Source: an uncultured Bacilli bacterium (GTDB lineage Bacteria; Bacillota_I; Bacilli_A; RF39; UBA660). Taken from it: a DNA stretch of 39,383 bases. Shown one piece after another: positions 16,822-22,949 of this stretch. The first letter of the stretch is position 1. Each line of letters starts with the position of its first letter. Both the position numbers and the translations under genes were made by a program. Location of the stretch: positions 1 to 39,383 of the forward strand of contig CALVYO010000001.1 in assembly GCA_944372275.1 (NCBI GenBank). Direction: 5' to 3'. The notes beneath the pieces were generated by a model, which searched no databases, was not told where the DNA came from, and saw nothing but the letters and a program-made list of their open reading frames with translations.

Positions 16822-16894
16822 CTTTTTAATTTGCCATTTATAGAGCTGGCTTCACTCACTTTTTTAATTGCCATTTAAGGCTGGCTTCACCTGC
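16822..16894. repeat. two tandem ~35-38 bp direct repeats plus a third truncated start
   Basis: TTTTTAATTTGCCATTTATAGAGCTGGCTTCAC(tcac) then TTTTTAAT-TGCCATTTA-AGGCTGGCTTCAC(ctgc). TTTTTTAATGC then restarts at 16895 and runs into the perfect palindrome AATGCTACT-T-AGTAGCATT (16901-16919). Confidence 0.6.
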
Positions 16895-17003
16895 TTTTTT
16901 AATGCTACTTAGTAGCATTATTATTATATGCTAAAAAGCATAATATAATCGCTTACGCAATAATAATATATCACAATAAAAATAAAATGTCTATATTTTA
17001 TCG

Positions 17004-17032
17004 AAAAAAATATCACACAATTTGTGTGATAT
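17004..17032 (-). terminator. strong intrinsic terminator after C2
   Basis: Minus strand reads ATATCACACA-aatt-TGTGTGATAT followed by TTTTTTT, 5 nt after the C2 stop. Confidence 0.8.
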
Positions 17033-17036
17033 TAAA

Positions 17037-18368
17037 TTATTCATTTGTTGTTGGAACATCTGGTCCATCATAATCTGGGAAGTCAGATTGATTATATCTT
17101 TCCTTAGTGAATCCAAAGTTAATTGTAATTTTCTGTCCTAATGATGCGAAATCATAGTTATCGATATCTTGTCCTTCAATCCAAATATATACTCTTAATT
17201 TAGTAATACTGTTTGGAGCTAAAGTCATAAATTGTGGACGATCTTTACCAGCAACATTTTTCATTGTATCAGTAAAGTATCCAGTTCTTGTTGTTGCATC
17301 ATAAGTCATATCGATTAATTTCATATCAGCTTTTCCGCCTACTCCAGCAGAAGCAGCATTATATTCTACTAATGTTTTAGTATTAGCAGCATATTTATTA
17401 TAAGCTAAACCATCATAAACATTTACGTTATCAGCAATAACAATTTCACGACTAATTGCATATGTTGGATATGCAGTAGTTGTATTTAATGTAGCACAAG
17501 ATGTACCTTCTGAATAAGAACCTGCAGCATTAACATCTGCGCCTGTTCTTTCTAAACAAGATTCTTTATACCAATTTAAAGCATTTTGAACGTGTTTAGT
17601 ATCATTTGGTTCCCAAATAGCAGCATTACGGCAAATACCTGTAACGTGTTGTGGATTATTAACATCATCTTCACTATCAGCACAAGTCATACTTGTAACT
17701 AAATCTTGAATATCTTCATCATCAGTATCTAAAGCTGCACTAACGCGTCCTAATTGTACAAATCCAACTCTTACTGAGTTTTCAATACCAGCATTACCTT
17801 CACCATCTAAGGCAACAGTAACTGCTGAATTAGTATTTAAGTAAATTGCTTCTTCGTTTAAAACATTATCTTCTGGATAATATGCTTCACCAGATAAGTT
17901 TTTAACGAATAAGTCGAATGCTATATAACCATTACCTTCTTCGTATTCGATACCACCAGCATTTTGTGTAACGTTATTGTCAACACGACTTGCTAATAAT
18001 CTATAACCACCTGTAACAGCAGTTAAACTTCCTTTTTCATATAATTTCATTCTTGAAGATGCTTCATCCATCTCACCAATTGAAGACATTGGAATTAATC
18101 CTTCATTTGTTCCATCTAACCATTGGTTAGCATGGTTTGTATAAGCTGGTGTATTTTTAGCATCTAGAGTGTAACGCCAATCAGCTCCATCCATTGATAA
18201 ATATAACCCTTCAGTAGTAGCAATATTAATATCAAATTCAGTAACATTAACAGTTTTCATACCTATAAACCAAGCATAGGTTGAAACTGATAATAAAATA
18301 GCACATAAAGCACAAATTGAAACTAGATTTTTAATTTTTTTACTTTTCTTTAATTTTCTATTTTTCAT
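17037..18368 (-). CDS. secreted TasA/camelysin-like fibre-subunit paralog, class C (C2, 443 aa)
   Basis: SVSTYAWFIGMKTVNV, then ITKLRVYIWIEGQDIDNYDFASLGQKITINFGFTKE. Collinear with C1 along its full length. RBS is AGGAGGT. Confidence 0.85.
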   Translation of the reverse strand: MKNRKLKKSKKIKNLVSICALCAILLSVSTYAWFIGMKTVNVTEFDINIATTEGLYLSMDGADWRYTLDAKNTPAYTNHANQWLDGTNEGLIPMSSIGEMDEASSRMKLYEKGSLTAVTGGYRLLASRVDNNVTQNAGGIEYEEGNGYIAFDLFVKNLSGEAYYPEDNVLNEEAIYLNTNSAVTVALDGEGNAGIENSVRVGFVQLGRVSAALDTDDEDIQDLVTSMTCADSEDDVNNPQHVTGICRNAAIWEPNDTKHVQNALNWYKESCLERTGADVNAAGSYSEGTSCATLNTTTAYPTYAISREIVIADNVNVYDGLAYNKYAANTKTLVEYNAASAGVGGKADMKLIDMTYDATTRTGYFTDTMKNVAGKDRPQFMTLAPNSITKLRVYIWIEGQDIDNYDFASLGQKITINFGFTKERYNQSDFPDYDGPDVPTTNE

Positions 18369-18378
18369 CTTTTACCTC

Positions 18379-19776
18379 CTAATTAATTGTCCATATATCA
18401 TCTACTCGCGTAGCTGTTTTTTTAACTCCACCATCTTCGAATGTAAATTTCGTCATCCAATTTGGTAAAGTAAATAATTTATTGTCATTATCATAAGTAA
18501 TTTTTGAATTTGAAATGTTGGTTATTTCACCCGTATTGATATAAGATACTGTTTGGTCTCTTACGACATCATCTGGTAATTCTGGATCACCATCATAATC
18601 AATATCTTCCCCATAGAATCTTTCTTTAGTAAAGCCGAATGATACAGATATTTTTCTGCCTAAAGATGCAAAATCATAATTATCAACATCTTGTCCTTCT
18701 AAGTAAATATAAATTCTTACTTTAGTAATACTATTAGGAGCAAGTGTTATAAATTCTGGTCTATCGACACCTTCATTCATTTTATCGGTATCAGTGAAGT
18801 AATCTACTTTATATAGTTTACCTGCTTTATATGTTGTCGATATCGATTTAGTATAACCATTATATTCTTTTCCATCATACACATCGACATTATCATCATA
18901 ATCGATAACACCACTTACTGCATATGTTGGATAGTAAACACCATCTTTAATGGTATTGCAAGTTCCTTTAAAAGAATTAGGATTGGTTATATCATCACCG
19001 ATTCTTTTACGACATGAAGTAGTATACCAACTAATAGCGTTGGTAACGTGTTTAGTATCGTTTGGTTCCCATATTGTAGCATCACGATCAGCACATATTC
19101 CTGTAACATTGCTATTAGATTTACAAGTAATGCCTGTAATTACACTAATATCATCTTCAACTGCAACTACTCGGCCAATTTGGGCGAATGCTACTCTTAC
19201 AGAATTTTCGATACCTGCTTTTATTTCTCCCCCATCTTCTGCGGCTTTTACCTCGGAAGCAGGATCCAAATAAATAGCTTCCTCATTTTTTTTGTTAAGT
19301 TCTGGATAATAAGCAATTCCAGATTTATTTTTAATAAATAAGTCGAATACTACATATCCATCAACTTCTTTAGCACCGGTGTTTTCTACTCTAGCAGCCA
19401 TTACACGATAACCACCAGGTGATGCTGTAAAACTTCCTTTTTCATACATAATAAGTCTTGATGAGCCAGTATCAATCTTACCAACTGATGAAACAGGAAC
19501 TAATCCTTTGCCACCCCAACTGTTAGTGTTTCCTTTATAACTTGCAGTTTTATAATTGTCTTCATTAATCGTTACGGTCGTTTCCCAATTTTCACCATCT
19601 AACGATAGTAATAAAGTATCAATCGCTGCAATATGAACATCAAAACTAGAAACATTAACAACCTTCATACCAATGAACCAAGCATAAGTAGAAACTATTA
19701 GGATTATCGTACATAAAACAGCAGCAACAAGTAATTTTTTTACTTTTGTTTCATGTTTCTTTTTTCTTCTTTTCAT
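18379..19776 (-). CDS. secreted TasA/camelysin-like fibre-subunit paralog, class B (B2, 465 aa), with extra C-terminal ~50 aa
   Basis: IVSTYAWFIGMKVVNV, then ITKVRIYIYLEGQDVDNYDFASLGRKISVSFGFTKE. A tail follows (..SYINTGEITNISNSKITYDNDNKLFTLPNWMTKFTFEDGGVKKTATRVDDIWTIN) that B1 lacks. Confidence 0.85.
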   Translation of the reverse strand: MKRRKKKHETKVKKLLVAAVLCTIILIVSTYAWFIGMKVVNVSSFDVHIAAIDTLLLSLDGENWETTVTINEDNYKTASYKGNTNSWGGKGLVPVSSVGKIDTGSSRLIMYEKGSFTASPGGYRVMAARVENTGAKEVDGYVVFDLFIKNKSGIAYYPELNKKNEEAIYLDPASEVKAAEDGGEIKAGIENSVRVAFAQIGRVVAVEDDISVITGITCKSNSNVTGICADRDATIWEPNDTKHVTNAISWYTTSCRKRIGDDITNPNSFKGTCNTIKDGVYYPTYAVSGVIDYDDNVDVYDGKEYNGYTKSISTTYKAGKLYKVDYFTDTDKMNEGVDRPEFITLAPNSITKVRIYIYLEGQDVDNYDFASLGRKISVSFGFTKERFYGEDIDYDGDPELPDDVVRDQTVSYINTGEITNISNSKITYDNDNKLFTLPNWMTKFTFEDGGVKKTATRVDDIWTIN

Positions 19777-19791
19777 AATCCCTTCTTTCCC

Positions 19792-20484
19792 TTATTCTGC
19801 TTCGATTGGTTTAAAATTCATACGAACTTTAAATTCTCCACCTAATATATTGTCGGTACAATCAGGATCTTCGCCTTCAATCCATAAAACGATTGTATAC
19901 TTATCCACAGCATTAGGTTCAAAAGAATCAACATCATTACTCATAATTACTTCATCAGTTAAGAAAGGAACTGTATTAGGTTCAGCATTTCCTTCACTTG
20001 ACAATTTAGCATAAGTTTGATATTCTCCGTTCTTATAAATTCTAACTCTGATGGCAGCATCAACATTTTTGATAACATCATCGATTAAAACTTCACTTGT
20101 ATAGCCAGCAACTTCATCTCCTGTATTTTCAATATAAAATGTATATATCAAATAACTATCGCCATTATGTGAACCACCTTCGTAATCTTCGATATCTTCA
20201 GGTAGCCAAATTTCCTTAATGCTATCGAATGTTTTAGGTGCTTTAGCGAGTAGTTCTGTTCGATATACTTTATATTGAAAATCATCATAGATAATTATGC
20301 CATTATTCAAATAAAGATTTTTATCGAGTGTTATGCTAAAATTACCACTATTATAAATAATACCTATTACAAAATATAAAATAAGTAAAAGTAGAAGTAA
20401 TAAGAGCACGGCAAGTTTGAATCTTTTTTTTAGTTTTTTCTCTTTTTTTAATTTATCGGTAGTTTTAGTAAATTTACTTTCCAT
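19792..20484 (-). CDS. membrane-anchored TasA-like protein, class A (A2, 230 aa), first gene of cassette 2
   Basis: Collinear with A1: ..VIGIIYNSGNFSITLDKNLY.., GGSHNG, AIRVRIYKNG, KYTIVLWIEGEDPDCTDNILGGEFKVRMNF. Confidence 0.8.
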   Translation of the reverse strand: MESKFTKTTDKLKKEKKLKKRFKLAVLLLLLLLLILYFVIGIIYNSGNFSITLDKNLYLNNGIIIYDDFQYKVYRTELLAKAPKTFDSIKEIWLPEDIEDYEGGSHNGDSYLIYTFYIENTGDEVAGYTSEVLIDDVIKNVDAAIRVRIYKNGEYQTYAKLSSEGNAEPNTVPFLTDEVIMSNDVDSFEPNAVDKYTIVLWIEGEDPDCTDNILGGEFKVRMNFKPIEAE

Positions 20485-20536
20485 CTTTTACTTACACCCC
20501 TTTTGTATACTCTGATATCCTTTACAATACAATATA

Positions 20537-20587
20537 ATTATAGCATACCACCATTTTTTGTCAATATTAATTGTCGACTATTGTCGA
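20537..20587 (-). promoter_or_regulatory. near-consensus sigma-A promoter of cassette 2 plus two upstream TGTCGA direct repeats
   Basis: Minus strand reads TTGACA (20559-20564), 16 nt, TATAAT (20537-20542). TGTCGA occurs at 20572-20577 and 20582-20587, the same 13/10-bp spacing as upstream of A1. Confidence 0.6.
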
Positions 20588-20649
20588 AAAATGTGATTTT
20601 TTTGTGAAAATGTACTGTCAATTTTGATATAATAAATATGGTGATAGTA

Positions 20650-21228
20650 ATGAAATTTATTTTTGGTTTAGTAATTAGTTTTTTATTTATTGTTAATGTT
20701 AATGCTTCAAAATTAGAGGTTACTTTAGACAAATGTGTCGATGGTGATACGGCTTGGTTTATTTTAGATGGTGAAAGAATAAAAACTAGATTTTTAGCTA
20801 TTGATACACCAGAATCAACTACTAAAAAAGAACCTTATGGTAAAGAAGCCAGTGATTATACTTGTAATATGTTAAGCAATGCTACTAAAATTGAAATAGA
20901 ATATGATCCTAATAGTGATAAATTAGATAAATATGATCGTCATTTAGTTTGGGTATTTGTCGATGATACTTTATTACAAGATTTAATAATTAAAAATGGT
21001 TTAGGTGAAGTAGCCTATTTATATGATGATTACCAATATACTTATATTTTAGAGGCAAGTGAATTGCTTGCTAAAACTAGTAAAATTGGTATTTGGAGCG
21101 AGACAAATGATTATTTATATGTTATACTAGGTATTGTTATTTTTGTTGTAATTTTAATAATCTGCATTTTTAACAAAAAAGTTAGAAAAAAAGTATTTAA
21201 AAAAATATTAAAAAAAGTTAGGAGTTAA
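20650..21228 (+). CDS. nuc: thermonuclease (staphylococcal nuclease fold) with signal peptide and C-terminal TM anchor
   Basis: VDGDTAWF..IKTRFLAIDTPES..PYGKEASDYT..DKYDRHLVWVF..GLGEVAYLY are SNase motifs. C-terminal LYVILGIVIFVVILIICIF followed by a K-rich tail. The start is trimmed to the ATG at 20650 behind GGTGA. Confidence 0.85.
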   Translation: MKFIFGLVISFLFIVNVNASKLEVTLDKCVDGDTAWFILDGERIKTRFLAIDTPESTTKKEPYGKEASDYTCNMLSNATKIEIEYDPNSDKLDKYDRHLVWVFVDDTLLQDLIIKNGLGEVAYLYDDYQYTYILEASELLAKTSKIGIWSETNDYLYVILGIVIFVVILIICIFNKKVRKKVFKKILKKVRS

Positions 21229-21231
21229 TTT

Positions 21232-21623
21232 ATGAAATATTATTTAGTACCGATTGAAGAAGTTAGAACATTTGATAAAAATGTCAATAATTTTTTAAAA
21301 AATATGTATCCTAAAATATATAATTATATAGATAGAATTATACTGTGGATAGTTTTGTTGCTAAGGCTTTAGAAAAAGATAATTTACCTACTCATATTTT
21401 GTTTCAGTCAAAACAAAGATTAAATTCAAAACAAATGAAAGTTGTCGAACCAATTACCGAAATAGAATTAAAATTTCCTTTATTTTATTGTTTAGCTCAC
21501 GAAGTTACAAGACAACGAGCATTATTTTATTTAAGAAATTTAAGTGAACAACAAATTGAAAGTGTTGCTATATCATTTTATAAATTTATTTATGAGAAAA
21601 AAGAAAAATGTAAAATAATCTAG
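21232..21623 (+). pseudogene. possible frameshifted small gene (or two short ORFs)
   Basis: ATG at 21232 behind AGGAG reads MKYYLVPIEEVRTFDKNVNNFLKNMYPKIYNYIDRIIL.. and stops at about 21370. The 92-aa ORF (21345-21623) is in another frame, begins with GTG and has no RBS. The two frames overlap between 21336 and 21370. Confidence 0.3.
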
Positions 21624-21636
21624 TTTCCAATAAAAA

Positions 21637-21657
21637 AGCTTTAGGTTTTCCTAAAGT
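21637..21657. terminator. bidirectional hairpin terminator
   Basis: CTTTAGG-tttt-CCTAAAG flanked by an A-run and T-rich sequence. It lies between convergent genes. Confidence 0.5.
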
Positions 21658-21797
21658 TATTTTAAATTATAAGATATATATTCTTCATTTATATCTTTTG
21701 TTTCTTCTAGTTTGGTACTAGGCGTACTAATAATAGTTATCCCTAACATAATAATAATAAAAGCAATAATAGTTTTATCTTTTAACATTTCTTTCAT
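21657..21797 (-). CDS. 46-aa single-pass membrane peptide (not in the ORF track); candidate SOS-induced effector
   Basis: Its ATG overlaps the TGA of the upstream HTH gene (ATGA). Reads MKEMLKDKTIIAFIIIMLGITIISTPSTKLEETKDINEEYISYNLK. Confidence 0.5.
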   Translation of the reverse strand: MKEMLKDKTIIAFIIIMLGITIISTPSTKLEETKDINEEYISYNLK

Positions 21798-21976
21798 AAT
21801 TCAATCTCCATTCTTTTAATAAAATAAATTTTTTCAATCTTATTTTCAAATATTACTGGTTTGTAATCTTTATATCTTTCTTTAATTTCCTGATTTAATT
21901 TCTTAATCAGCAGATAAACTTTTCTTTTACTATAACCAGTTAATAATTGAATATCTTTAATTGTATAGTATTCCAT
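21794..21976 (-). CDS. 60-aa helix-turn-helix protein, divergent from lexA
   Basis: Preferred start is the ATG at 21976 (MEYYTIKDIQLLTGYSKRKVYLLIKKLNQEIK..) behind AAAGGAAGGG. The longer ORF-track start at 22015 would lie inside the SOS box and promoter. Confidence 0.7.
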   Translation of the reverse strand: MEYYTIKDIQLLTGYSKRKVYLLIKKLNQEIKERYKDYKPVIFENKIEKIYFIKRMEIEL

Positions 21977-21999
21977 AGCACCCTTCCTTTCATGATTTA

Positions 22000-22028
22000 A
22001 TTTTATCACGAACAAATATTCGTGTCAA
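22000..22028 (-). promoter_or_regulatory. promoter of the HTH and 46-aa operon with a LexA (Cheo) box in its spacer
   Basis: Minus strand reads TTGACA (22023-22028), 17 nt, TAAAAT (22000-22005). The spacer contains CGAACAAATATTCG (22009-22022), close to the Bacillus-type consensus CGAAC-N4-GTTCG. Confidence 0.7.
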
Positions 22029-22046
22029 TATATTTTTTGTGAAAAA

Positions 22047-22086
22047 CGAAAATTTGTTTGACAAATGTAAATTTATATGTTAAGAT
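22047..22086 (+). promoter_or_regulatory. lexA promoter with a second, degenerate LexA box over the -35
   Basis: TTGACA (22058-22063), 17 nt, TAAGAT (22081-22086). CGAAAATTTGTTTG (22047-22060) overlaps the -35. Confidence 0.55.
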
Positions 22087-22117
22087 GTTAATAGAAAGTT
22101 AAAAGGAGGTTTTCACT

Positions 22118-22735
22118 TTGGAGAAATTAACTAATCAACAAGAAAAAATGTTAGACATAATAAAAAAATATGTTGTTAAACACGGATATGCACCAACAGT
22201 AAGAGAATTATGTCAAGAGATGAATTTGTCTAGTACAGCAACAGTTCAAGTCCATTTAAATAACTTAGAAAAAAAAGGATATATTAAAAAAGAAGAAAGT
22301 AAAAATAGAACAATAGAAATATTAGTTGATAATGAATATGAAATTAAAAATGAATTAATCATAGAAGTACCATTACTTGGGAAAATTACTGCTGGTAATC
22401 CAATTGAAGCTATTGAAAATCCAGATGAATATTTTAGTTTACCATCATATTTAATTCCTAAAAATAAAGATGTATTTACATTATTAGTAAGTGGTGAAAG
22501 TATGATTAATGCTGGTATTTTAGATGGCGATATCGTTATAGTTGAAAGGAAAAACACCGCTAATAATGGAGAAATAGTCGTAGCAATGACTGATGAAAAT
22601 GAAGTAACTTTAAAAACATTTTATAAAGAAAAAGATCATTTTAGATTGCAACCAGAAAATGATACAATGGCACCATTTATTATGGACAATGTTACAATTT
22701 TAGGTAAAGCTATTGGCTTATATAGAAAAATATAA
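22118..22735 (+). CDS. lexA: LexA repressor
   Basis: N-terminal winged HTH (APTVRELCQEMNLSSTATVQVHLNNLEKKGYI). S24 peptidase C-terminal domain with GESMINAGILDGDIVIV and ..VTLKTFY.. TTG start 8 nt after AAAGGAGG. Confidence 0.95.
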   Translation: MEKLTNQQEKMLDIIKKYVVKHGYAPTVRELCQEMNLSSTATVQVHLNNLEKKGYIKKEESKNRTIEILVDNEYEIKNELIIEVPLLGKITAGNPIEAIENPDEYFSLPSYLIPKNKDVFTLLVSGESMINAGILDGDIVIVERKNTANNGEIVVAMTDENEVTLKTFYKEKDHFRLQPENDTMAPFIMDNVTILGKAIGLYRKI

Positions 22736-22832
22736 AATATTTTCAATTTTATTACATATAATAAATATATAATAATGCATTAGTAAAAGTCATTAACTTG
22801 ACATTTATTAAAAACTATAGTATTATTATATC

Positions 22833-22944
22833 ACCGGAGAGGAATTCTCGTCAGGTCGATAGTTAGGATACGATTTTTTTAATTAAGCGTGCTGTTATTG
22901 TACGTCGCCCTAACTGGGAAAAAGTCACATTTGTGACTTTTTTT
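22833..22944 (+). ncRNA. candidate ~110-nt small RNA of unknown class
   Basis: Consensus promoter TTGACA (22798-22803), 17 nt, TATTAT (22821-22826). Intrinsic terminator AGTCAC-attt-GTGACT plus T6 (22919-22944). No start codon or ORF. Internal pairing AGTTAGG (22861-22867) with CCTAACT (22909-22915). Confidence 0.4.
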
Positions 22945-22949
22945 CTTTA

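Noticed and set aside
16822-16919. A CRISPR array or IS/MITE termini as the explanation for the tandem repeats and palindromes.
   Set aside because: There are only two and a half repeat units with no spacers, and no cas genes or transposase. No terminal inverted repeats flank a unit. No CRISPR array, IS element, integrase or prophage gene was found anywhere in the window.
3972-19776. Interpreting the STYAWF proteins as type IV or archaeal-type pilins, or as sortase-assembled pilins.
   Set aside because: - Prepilin (class III) signals are cleaved before the hydrophobic helix at a G/(F,A)xxxE-type site. Here the conserved motif follows the helix, as in SipW substrates.
- No prepilin peptidase, PilB/PilT ATPase or PilC gene is present.
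- No LPXTG, pilin motif or sortase is present.
20538-20732. Minus-strand 64-aa ORF spanning the A2/nuc intergenic region.
   Set aside because: It overlaps the mapped promoter and operator region and the 5' end of nuc. It has no RBS and an implausible sequence, and is most likely spurious.
22833-22944. Identifying the candidate sRNA as small SRP (4.5S) RNA because it contains TCAGGTC and GTGCTGTT strings.
   Set aside because: The two strings are in the wrong order. The invariant GGAA tetraloop with the GGAAGCAGC 3' strand of helix 8 is absent on both strands.
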